Source: Delftia acidovorans NBRC 14950 (GTDB taxonomy: Bacteria; Pseudomonadota; Gammaproteobacteria; Burkholderiales; Burkholderiaceae_C). Taken from it: DNA of 32,000 bases. A program made the position numbers and the translations under genes. The notes beneath the pieces are model-generated. The model did not search any database and had not been told where the DNA came from. It saw only the letters and a program-made list of their open reading frames with translations. The stretch spans positions 60,001-92,000 of the forward strand of contig NZ_BCZP01000020.1 in assembly GCF_001598795.1 (NCBI RefSeq), in the 5' to 3' direction. Numbering within the stretch: position 1 is the stretch's first letter; each line of letters starts with the position of its first letter. This document shows, one piece after another, positions 11,795-18,454 of the stretch.

Positions 11795-12007
11795 ATGACG
11801 CAACAGACCAACAACCCTCAAGGCAACACGGCCAGCAACCAGCAAAACGACAAGAACAAGCAGCAGCAGCAACAGAACAATCCGGGGCAGCAGCAGCAAA
11901 GCAATCCCAACAACCCGAACAATCCCAACCAACAGCAGCAACAGAGCAATCCCCAGCGCAACCAACCAGGGGAACAGCAAAAGCAGGGCAGCCATCAGCA
12001 GCGTTAA
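11795..12007 (+). CDS. 70-aa Gln/Asn-rich, hydrophobic-residue-free low-complexity protein
   Basis: AAGGAG lies 7 nt upstream of the ATG and a strong terminator follows directly downstream, so the gene looks monocistronic. By my count there are 26 Q and 16 N in 70 residues, with repeated NNP/QQQQ blocks. Confidence 0.65.
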   Translation: MTQQTNNPQGNTASNQQNDKNKQQQQQNNPGQQQQSNPNNPNNPNQQQQQSNPQRNQPGEQQKQGSHQQR

Positions 12008-12030
12008 GCTGCCGATAGCGTGAACTGGCA

Positions 12031-12054
12031 AAGGGCCCCCTGGGCCCTTTTTTT
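12031..12054 (+). terminator. Rho-independent terminator after the Q/N-rich gene
   Basis: AAGGGCCC (12031-12038), loop CCT, GGGCCCTT, running into a T-run of seven. Confidence 0.8.
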
Positions 12055-12159
12055 ATCTCCAGAGCTTTGCTGACGATGCCCTTTGGTTCAGCCAATCGCC
12101 TCTTCCAATAATTATTGCCTCATACAACAGGCCATCCTCTTTCTTTCAAGGAGTAAATC

Positions 12160-14247
12160 GTGGCTAAGAAATCCCCTGGTGAAAAGAAATCGTCCAAGCA
12201 ATCCCCCACAGGCCATGGCGGAGAATTACAGCAACAGGCCGACGGACAGCACCCCGGATTGACCACGCAGCAAGGCATTCCGGTCCCTGATAATCAGAAC
12301 TCCCTCACCGCCTGGGAAAAAGGCCCTACGCTGCTGGAAGATTTCATCCTGCGCGAGAAAATCACGCATTTCGACCATGAGCGCATTCCAGAGCGAATCG
12401 TCCATGCACGCGGCACAGGCGCCCACGGTTATTTCCAGCTGACAGATTCGCTGGAGCAATACACCACCGCCAAGGTCCTGACCGAAACCGGCAAGCAAGT
12501 GCCGATCTTTGTGCGCTTCTCCACCGTGGCCGGTGGAGCGGGCTCGGTGGATACCCCGCGCGATGTGCGCGGCTTTGCCATCAAGTTCTATACCGAAGAG
12601 GGCAACTGGGATCTGGTGGGCAACAACATCCCGGTCTTCTTCATCCAGGACGCCATGAAGTTTCCCGACCTGGTCCATGCCGTGAAGATGGAACCCGACC
12701 GGGGCTTTCCGCAGGCCGCCACGGCGCACGACACGTTCTGGGACTTCATCTCCCTCATGCCCGAGTCCATGCACATGGTCATGTGGATCATGAGCGACCG
12801 CACCATCGCGCGCAGCCTGCGCATGATCGAGGGCTTTGGCGTGCACAGCTTCCGGCTGGTCAATGCCCAGGGTGAAAGCACCTTCGTGAAATTCCACTGG
12901 CGGCCTGAGCTGGGCATCCAGTCCACGGTCTGGGACGAGGCCCTCAAGCTGCAGGCCGCAGACAACGACTACCACCGCCGCGACCTGTTCGAGGCCATCG
13001 AGGCGGGCGACTACCCGGCCTGGGAGCTGTGCGTGCAGCTGTTCTCGCAGGAGCAGGCAGACGCCCTGCCCTACGACCACCTGGACCCCACCAAGCTCAT
13101 CCCCGAAGAGGAAATTCCGCTGCGCAAGATCGGCCGCTTCGTGCTGGACCGCTGGCCCGACAACTTCTTCGCCGAGACCGAGCAGGTGGCCTTCTGCCCG
13201 GCCAATATCCCGCCCGGCATCGATTTCAGCAACGACCCGCTGCTGCAGGGCCGCCTGTTCTCGTACCTGGACACCCAGCTGTCGCGCCTGGGCGGGCCCA
13301 ACTTCACGCAGCTGCCCATCAACGCGCCCAAATGCCCGTTCGCCCACCACCAGCGCGACGGCCACATGCAGACCGAGGTGCCCAAGGGCCGCGTGGCCTA
13401 TGAGCCCTCCAGCCTGCAGGCCGACAGCCCGCGCGCCTCGGCAGCCCGCGGCTTGCGGCACTTTGCGCAGCCCGCGCAGGAGGGCGCCAAGGGCCGCATC
13501 CGCCCAGAGAGCTTTGCCGACCACTACAGCCAGGCGCGCATGTTCTACCAAAGCCAGAGCGCGCAGGAGCAGGCCCACATCGCCAGCGCCCTGGTGTTCG
13601 AGCTGTCCAAGGTACAGACGCCGCATGTGCGCTTGGCCGTGGTCGGCCACCTGCAGGTGATAGACGCCGACCTGGCACAGCGCGTGGCCGACGGCCTGGG
13701 CCTGCCCCAGTTGCCGCCTGCCGCCAAGCCTGCCGTGCCCCCGCAAAAGCTGCCGCCCAGCCCGGCCACGCGCATCATCGACCGCATGAAGCCCACCTTG
13801 CAGAGCCGCTGCGTTGCCATCCTGGTGGACGAAGGCTCCAGCGCCAGGCACGTTGCCGCCTTCCACAAGGCGCTGGTGGCGCAAAAGGCCAGCGTGAAGA
13901 TCATTGCGCCCAAGATCGGCGGCGCCACGCTGGACGACGGCAGCCACCTGCCCGCCGACGGCCAGCTGGCCGGATCGCCATCCGCGCAGTTCGATGCCGT
14001 GGTGTCCATCATCACGCTGGAGCGCGGCCAGGCGCTGGCCCGTGAGGCAGCCGCGCAGGACTGGTTCCGCGACGCCTTCGGCCACCTCAAGGCCATTGCC
14101 GCCTGCAAGGCCACGCAGCACATCATGAAGACGGCCGGCATCACACCGGACGAGGGCGTGTTCCCCATCGACAAGCCCGAACCCTTCATCGAAGGCGCCA
14201 AGAAGCGCTTCTGGGCCCGCGAAGCGAAGTTGAGAACGCTGGCCTGA
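12160..14247 (+). CDS. katE: Large-subunit monofunctional catalase HPII
   Basis: GTG start 7 nt after AAGGAG. Active-site region [22 protein letters not shown] and proximal Tyr signature [18 protein letters not shown] are present. The 695-aa length with a C-terminal extra domain is typical of clade-2 (KatE) catalases. Confidence 0.95.
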   Translation: MAKKSPGEKKSSKQSPTGHGGELQQQADGQHPGLTTQQGIPVPDNQNSLTAWEKGPTLLEDFILREKITHFDHERIPERIVHARGTGAHGYFQLTDSLEQYTTAKVLTETGKQVPIFVRFSTVAGGAGSVDTPRDVRGFAIKFYTEEGNWDLVGNNIPVFFIQDAMKFPDLVHAVKMEPDRGFPQAATAHDTFWDFISLMPESMHMVMWIMSDRTIARSLRMIEGFGVHSFRLVNAQGESTFVKFHWRPELGIQSTVWDEALKLQAADNDYHRRDLFEAIEAGDYPAWELCVQLFSQEQADALPYDHLDPTKLIPEEEIPLRKIGRFVLDRWPDNFFAETEQVAFCPANIPPGIDFSNDPLLQGRLFSYLDTQLSRLGGPNFTQLPINAPKCPFAHHQRDGHMQTEVPKGRVAYEPSSLQADSPRASAARGLRHFAQPAQEGAKGRIRPESFADHYSQARMFYQSQSAQEQAHIASALVFELSKVQTPHVRLAVVGHLQVIDADLAQRVADGLGLPQLPPAAKPAVPPQKLPPSPATRIIDRMKPTLQSRCVAILVDEGSSARHVAAFHKALVAQKASVKIIAPKIGGATLDDGSHLPADGQLAGSPSAQFDAVVSIITLERGQALAREAAAQDWFRDAFGHLKAIAACKATQHIMKTAGITPDEGVFPIDKPEPFIEGAKKRFWAREAKLRTLA

Positions 14248-14275
14248 CCCCCCGCCCCGGCGTGCGCCACATCAT

Positions 14276-14290
14276 TGCCACCAGATGGCA
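14276..14290. promoter_or_regulatory. Perfect dyad TGCCA-N5-TGGCA about 60 bp upstream of a -24/-12 motif (candidate activator site)
   Basis: TGCCA (14276-14280), CCAGA, TGGCA (14286-14290). Only its position relative to the promoter motif at 14341 supports a role. Confidence 0.3.
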
Positions 14291-14340
14291 CCGCGCCGGA
14301 CTTCAACCAACCTTGTACCCGGGCCATTTACCTCGGGTCC

Positions 14341-14356
14341 AGGCATGGCGCTTGCC
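14341..14356 (+). promoter_or_regulatory. Sigma-54 type -24/-12 promoter motif (AGGCATGGCGCTTGCC)
   Basis: GG at 14342-14343 and GC at 14354-14355 give exact GG-N10-GC spacing, matching GGCAYG-N4-TTGC of the TGGCACG-N4-TTGC consensus. It lies 54 nt upstream of ATG 14409, in an intergenic region and in the correct orientation. Confidence 0.55.
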
Positions 14357-14408
14357 ACGGCAACACCAAGGCCGGCCCGGCCTGCCACCCCTACAGGAGC
14401 AACTTCCC

Positions 14409-14597
14409 ATGATCACTTCGGTACCTGCACCCCCTGTCACCCCGCCTGTCACCCCGCCTGTTGCGCCCCCGGTCAACCCGCCCCCCACCGAGCCGCTGGT
14501 TCCCCCCGTGGGCGACCCGCCACCGGCCCCGGCACCTTCGCCCTACTCCGACCCGCCCATTGCCCCGCCGCCACCGCCGCCGCAGGGGGTGCACTGA
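14409..14597 (+). CDS. 62-aa proline-rich mini-protein (PVTP PVTP PVAP PVNP ...)
   Basis: AGGAG at 14395-14399 upstream of the ATG, third-position GC high, preceded by a sigma-54 motif. It overlaps an alternative-frame extension of the TopIB ORF, so the coding status is uncertain. Confidence 0.5.
   Translation: MITSVPAPPVTPPVTPPVAPPVNPPPTEPLVPPVGDPPPAPAPSPYSDPPIAPPPPPPQGVH
14433..14480 (+). repeat. 4 x 12-bp in-frame tandem repeat inside the Pro-rich ORF
   Basis: Units are CCTGTCACCCCG x2, then CCTGTTGCGCCC and CCGGTCAACCCG. The unit resembles the LigD linker repeat (CCCGTCACC...). Confidence 0.8.
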
Positions 14598-14659
14598 GCT
14601 CCGCGCCAGCCAGGGGCAGGGCAGCGAACGCAGACGGCCCCGGCCCTGCCCTGACCTAT

Positions 14660-15730
14660 GTGAACGACCGCATGCCCGGCTGGCGCCGCGTGCGGCACGG
14701 CAAGGGCTTTTCCTACGTGGCGCAGGACGGCAAGCCCGTGCGCGATGCCCAGGCGCTGGCGCGCATCCGCAAACTGGCCATTCCACCGGCCTATGTGGAT
14801 GTCTGGATCTGCCCCGATCCCCAGGGCCACCTGCAGGCCACGGGCCGCGATGCCCGGGGCCGCAAGCAGTACCGCTACCACCCGCAGTGGCAGGAACAGC
14901 GCAAGCAGGTCAAGTTCGACCGCATGCACGCCTTTGGCCTCCACCTGCCCGCCATCCGTCGGGCGGTGGCGCGCGACCTCAAGCCTGGCCGGCCGCAGCT
15001 GGACACCGTGGTGGCCGCCATCGTCTGGCTGCTGGACTGCACGGCCCTGCGCATAGGCAATGACGAGTATTCCGAGAGCAATGGCTCCTACGGCCTCACC
15101 ACGCTCAGAAACCGCCATGCCCAGGTGCACGCGGGTGAGCTGACGCTGAGCTTCAAGGGCAAGAGCGGCGTGCTGCAGCAGGCCCGCGTGTCCGACCGGG
15201 CCGTGGCCCGCATCGTCAAGCGCTGCCAGGAGCTGCCGGGCCAGCGGCTGTTCCAGTTCATCGACGATGAAGGCGAAGTCCACCATGTGCGATCCGAGCA
15301 CGTGAACGACTACATCCGCAGGATATGCGGCAAGGCTGCGGCCCATGGGGCTGATACCGCAGATGTCGGAGATGCCGCAGACAGCCCGGATTTCAGTGCC
15401 AAGGATTTCCGCACCTGGCATGCCAGCGTGTACGCGCTGGAACTGGCGCTGACCGCAGGCAAGGCAGCGCCGCAAGAAGGCGCAGGCACCAGTGCGGCGG
15501 CGTTGAACGCTCTGGTCACGCAGGTCGCCCGGCGCCTGGGCAATACCTGTGCGGTTTGCCGCAAGTTCTACATCCATCCCCAGGTGCTGGCCCTGTGCGA
15601 GCAACCTGGGCAGGACATTCCCACCGCACCGGACAGGCGCCCGCGCGGACTGAGCGCCAAGGAATGCCTGTTCCTGGGGCTGCTGCAGCCCCGCAGCGGC
15701 CGGCGCGCCAGTCGCCAGCCGCCTCCCTGA
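14660..15730 (+). CDS. Bacterial (poxvirus-like) type IB DNA topoisomerase
   Basis: LTYVNDRMPGWRR N-terminal block, then RIGN, SFKGKSG, AKDFRTWHAS, LGNT and CRKFYIHPQV (catalytic Tyr) in the order expected for the TopIB catalytic residues. The start is uncertain: GTG 14660, ATG 14672 and far-upstream ATGs are all possible. Confidence 0.85.
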   Translation: MNDRMPGWRRVRHGKGFSYVAQDGKPVRDAQALARIRKLAIPPAYVDVWICPDPQGHLQATGRDARGRKQYRYHPQWQEQRKQVKFDRMHAFGLHLPAIRRAVARDLKPGRPQLDTVVAAIVWLLDCTALRIGNDEYSESNGSYGLTTLRNRHAQVHAGELTLSFKGKSGVLQQARVSDRAVARIVKRCQELPGQRLFQFIDDEGEVHHVRSEHVNDYIRRICGKAAAHGADTADVGDAADSPDFSAKDFRTWHASVYALELALTAGKAAPQEGAGTSAAALNALVTQVARRLGNTCAVCRKFYIHPQVLALCEQPGQDIPTAPDRRPRGLSAKECLFLGLLQPRSGRRASRQPPP

Positions 15731-15749
15731 TCCCGCCTCCCGCACGCCC

Positions 15750-15767
15750 GGCAAACACTGTGCCTGT
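15750..15767 (+). promoter_or_regulatory. GGCAA-N5-GTGCCTGT motif (GG-N10-GC spacing) upstream of the EBP gene
   Basis: GGCAAACACTGTGCCTGT lies about 100 nt upstream of ATG 15863. The same GGCAA-N5-GTGCCTGT string recurs at 21931-21948. Confidence 0.35.
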
Positions 15768-15862
15768 GGACTGACAAAGACGCCCGCATGCTCGCCCTTA
15801 AACTGGCCGATCATGAAATTTTGTCAAAACGCGTTGCGGCGAGGACCCCTGGAGGCCATGCA

Positions 15863-17494
15863 ATGAACCACGTGCTGATCGTCGATGACGATGCGGATTC
15901 CGCAGCGACCATGCGCGAACTCGTGGGCGTGGACCGCTTCTCGGTCGCCGTGGCCCACACCCTGCGCGACGCGCGCCGGCAGATGGCCATGCAGCCGCCC
16001 AGCCTGGTGCTGCTGGACCTGCAACTGCCCGATGGCAACGGCATGGACCTTTTCGGCGACCAGCAGGTGCCGCAGGACTCGCAGATCGTGCTGGTGACCG
16101 GCCACGCCAGCCTGGACTCCTCCATCGAGGCCCTGCGCCGCGGCGCCATGGACTACCTGGTCAAGCCCGTGGGCATCGGGCGGCTGGAGGACATTCTTTC
16201 GCGCTTTCTGATCCCCACGGCTGGCCTGCCGGAGACGGGCACCAGCACCGTCGCGGGCGCGGCCTTCGACCAGATCACCCCGCAAGACAGGCCCGGCGCC
16301 GGCTACTGCGCGCAGGAAGGGCGCTTTGGCCGGCTGTGGGGCGGCTCGCCCCCCATGCAGCGGCTGTACCAGCAGATGGAGCGCGTGGCGGGTACCTCGG
16401 TCACGGTCTTTCTGACGGGCGAAAGCGGCACCGGCAAGGAAGTCGTGGCACAGACCCTGCATGAGCTGAGCCAGCGGCGCAGCCGGCCCTTCCTGGCGGT
16501 CAACTGCGGTGCCATTTCTCCGCACCTGATCGAAAGCGAGATCTTTGGCCATGAAAAGGGAAGCTTCACCGGCGCCGACCGCCAGCACCAGGGCTTTTTC
16601 GAGCGCGCGGCCACGGGCACGCTGTTTCTGGACGAAATCACGGAAATGTCGATGGAGCTGCAGGTCAAGCTGCTGCGCGTGCTGGAGACCGGGCGCTTCA
16701 TGCGCGTGGGCTCCACACAGACGCTGCAGACCGATGTGCGCGTGATCGCCGCCACCAACCGCTGCCCCTACGAGGCCGTGGCCAGCGGCAAGCTGCGCGA
16801 AGACCTGCTGTACCGCCTGAACGTCTTCCCCATCGAGCTGCCGCCGCTGCGCGAGCGCCTGACCGACGTTCCGCTGCTTGCGCAGCATTTCATGGAGGCC
16901 ATCTCCCAGCGCGAGGGCCAGGCCAAGCAATTCACGGCATCGGCCCTCAAGCAGCTTGCGCAATACAGCTGGCCCGGCAATGTGCGCGAGTTGCGCAATG
17001 CCGTGCAGCGCGCCTATGTGATGGAGCCCGGCCCGCTGGTGGGCCAGGAATGGCTGCCCCGGCCGCCCGTGGCCATTGCCCAGCAGCCGGCCCCGGTGCA
17101 TCCGGCCGCCCACGCCCTGCACCTGCCCCAAGTGCCGGAAATGCCGCAAATGCCACATATGCCGCAGGCGGGGTCCATGCCAATGAGCGCGCCATTGACC
17201 ACGCCATTGACTGCGCCCACCTCCCCCACCATCACAGCGCATGCGCCCGCCGACCACGCCCCTGCAGCCGCCACCTACGACCTGCCCGACACGGAGCCGG
17301 CCACCATACAGCTGCCCATCGGCATGACCATGGCGCAGGCCGAGCGGTTGCTCATCCAGGCCACGCTCAAGCAGTGCAAGTACCAGAAGGAACGCACGGC
17401 GGCCGTGCTCGGCATCAGCCTCAAGACCCTGTACAACCGGCTCAGGGACTATGGGGGGGGCAAAAAGGGCGAAACGGACGCCGAGCCCGGCTGA
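15863..17494 (+). CDS. Sigma-54-dependent response regulator (REC - AAA+ - Fis-type HTH; NtrC family)
   Basis: GGAGG lies 7 nt upstream of the ATG. The REC domain has LVLLDLQLPDGNG and YLVKP. The AAA+ domain has GESGTGKE, a GSFTGA variant of GAFTGA, and LFLDEI. The C-terminal HTH is KERTAAVLGISLKTLYNRLRDYG, and a Pro/Met-rich linker precedes it. Confidence 0.9.
   Translation: MNHVLIVDDDADSAATMRELVGVDRFSVAVAHTLRDARRQMAMQPPSLVLLDLQLPDGNGMDLFGDQQVPQDSQIVLVTGHASLDSSIEALRRGAMDYLVKPVGIGRLEDILSRFLIPTAGLPETGTSTVAGAAFDQITPQDRPGAGYCAQEGRFGRLWGGSPPMQRLYQQMERVAGTSVTVFLTGESGTGKEVVAQTLHELSQRRSRPFLAVNCGAISPHLIESEIFGHEKGSFTGADRQHQGFFERAATGTLFLDEITEMSMELQVKLLRVLETGRFMRVGSTQTLQTDVRVIAATNRCPYEAVASGKLREDLLYRLNVFPIELPPLRERLTDVPLLAQHFMEAISQREGQAKQFTASALKQLAQYSWPGNVRELRNAVQRAYVMEPGPLVGQEWLPRPPVAIAQQPAPVHPAAHALHLPQVPEMPQMPHMPQAGSMPMSAPLTTPLTAPTSPTITAHAPADHAPAAATYDLPDTEPATIQLPIGMTMAQAERLLIQATLKQCKYQKERTAAVLGISLKTLYNRLRDYGGGKKGETDAEPG
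17132..17167 (+). repeat. 4 x 9-bp in-frame tandem repeat in the EBP linker
   Basis: The units GTGCCGGAA / ATGCCGCAA / ATGCCACAT / ATGCCGCAG encode VPE MPQ MPH MPQ. Confidence 0.8.
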
Positions 17495-17505
17495 CACCCG
17501 CCTGC

Positions 17506-17521
17506 AGGCACGCTGCTTGCC
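17506..17521 (+). promoter_or_regulatory. Sigma-54 type -24/-12 promoter motif (AGGCACGCTGCTTGCC)
   Basis: GGCACG-N4-TTGC matches the consensus core exactly. GG is at 17507-17508 and GC at 17519-17520. It sits in a 64-nt intergenic gap, 39 nt upstream of ATG 17559. Confidence 0.6.
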
Positions 17522-17522
17522 A

Positions 17523-17550
17523 CCTTGCTTGCACCTTCGTGCAACCAAGG
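17523..17550 (+). promoter_or_regulatory. Hairpin straddling the predicted sigma-54 start site and covering the SD of the 17559 gene
   Basis: CCTTG (17523-17527) pairs with CAAGG (17546-17550) and TTGCAC (17529-17534) with GTGCAA (17539-17544), leaving one internal mismatch and a 4-nt loop. The 3' arm runs into the AAGGA SD-like sequence. Confidence 0.4.
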
Positions 17551-17558
17551 ACAAGCCC

Positions 17559-18086
17559 ATGGACTCCTCTCCTCCCCGCGCCTACGGTGTCTTCAAGCCC
17601 GTGGGCCACATGGTGGTCTCGTTTCCCACAGCTGCGCAGGCCGATGACGGCGTGGCCGCGCTGCAGGCGCTGGACCTGCCCGCCCAGGACATCCAGCGCT
17701 ATACCGACCGGGAAATGCTGGCCCAGATCGATGAAGACCTGCGCCAGGCCAGCCCCGTTGCCGCCGTGGGCCAGGAGCTCAACCTGGTCAAGGCCCACCA
17801 GGCCCTGGCCGAACGCGGCTACCACTGGCTGGTGGTGCGCGTGGACAACGACGAGGCCGCACGCATGGCCGCCGATGCCCTGAAGGCCGCCGGCGCCGAG
17901 CGCGCCCAACTGTATGGCCGCTTCATCATCGAGGAATTGATAGAGCACGCCGCCGACCTGCCCCAGGTCAGCGAGTCGCCCGACCGGGGCCTGGATGCCC
18001 AGACGCCTTCGGGCCATGAGGCGGAGCGTGCAGAGATTCGCCCTGCCTCGGACCAGGACACCGCCCCTGACAAGCCGAGGCTCTGA
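17559..18086 (+). CDS. Hypothetical soluble protein, apparently with two similar alpha/beta modules and an acidic disordered tail
   Basis: ATG 17559 follows AAGGA. VVSFPTAAQADDGVAALQALDL and VVRVDNDEAARMAADALKAAGA look like an internal duplication. No family was recognised with confidence. Confidence 0.7.
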   Translation: MDSSPPRAYGVFKPVGHMVVSFPTAAQADDGVAALQALDLPAQDIQRYTDREMLAQIDEDLRQASPVAAVGQELNLVKAHQALAERGYHWLVVRVDNDEAARMAADALKAAGAERAQLYGRFIIEELIEHAADLPQVSESPDRGLDAQTPSGHEAERAEIRPASDQDTAPDKPRL

Positions 18087-18102
18087 ACGGCCTGCAGGAG
18101 CC

Positions 18103-18118
18103 GGGCACGCCGATTGCC
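18103..18118 (+). promoter_or_regulatory. Sigma-54 type -24/-12 promoter motif (GGGCACGCCGATTGCC)
   Basis: GGCACG-N4-TTGC is an exact core match. GG is at 18104-18105 and GC at 18116-18117, 41 nt upstream of ATG 18158. Confidence 0.6.
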
Positions 18119-18154
18119 CTTGACCACCAACCGTAACTTTTTCTCAAGGGCAAT
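18113..18154 (+). promoter_or_regulatory. Perfect 11-bp inverted repeat joining the -12 element to the SD region of the YeaQ-like gene
   Basis: ATTGCCCTTGA (18113-18123) and TCAAGGGCAAT (18144-18154) are exact reverse complements separated by 20 nt. The right arm contains the AAGGG SD-like sequence 7 nt from the ATG. Confidence 0.5.
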
Positions 18155-18157
18155 GCC

Positions 18158-18436
18158 ATGGACTTCCTCATCTGGCTGATGGTGGGTGGCCTGATCGGCT
18201 GGATTACCAGCATGGTCACGAACACCCAGGCCGAGCAGGGCATTTTGCTCAACGTGGTCATAGGCGCCATTGGCGCACTGCTGGGCGGCTGGCTGCTGGC
18301 GCCGATGCTGGGGCCTTCGGCCATGAATGCGCAGACGGAGGCGCCGGCCACCTCCATGTCCATCTTCGTCTCTCTGGCCTGCGCCGTTGCGCTGCTGGCC
18401 ATCTTCAACCTGTGCAAGCGGAGCGTGCCGCGCTGA
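18158..18436 (+). CDS. GlsB/YeaQ/YmgE-family stress-response membrane protein (transglycosylase-associated protein family)
   Basis: A 92-aa protein whose FLIWLMVGGLIGWITSMV...GILLNVVIGAIGALLGGWLL pattern is typical of this small-membrane-protein family. Confidence 0.85.
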   Translation: MDFLIWLMVGGLIGWITSMVTNTQAEQGILLNVVIGAIGALLGGWLLAPMLGPSAMNAQTEAPATSMSIFVSLACAVALLAIFNLCKRSVPR

Positions 18437-18454
18437 AAGCGGCCAGGCAGCCTG

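Noticed and set aside
12055-12159. Attempted to assign an RpoS- or sigma-70-type promoter to katE, and likewise to 11579-11794 for the Q/N-rich gene.
   Set aside because: Only weak -10-like hexamers (for example CATACA and CACAAT) were found, without properly spaced -35 elements. These are not supportable by eye.
14285-14659. Long N-terminal extension of TopIB from ATG 14285 or 14345.
   Set aside because: It would add about 105-125 low-complexity residues to a protein family that is normally about 330-350 aa. The conserved sequence starts at about 14651. The extension cannot be fully excluded (see the finding on 14276-15730).
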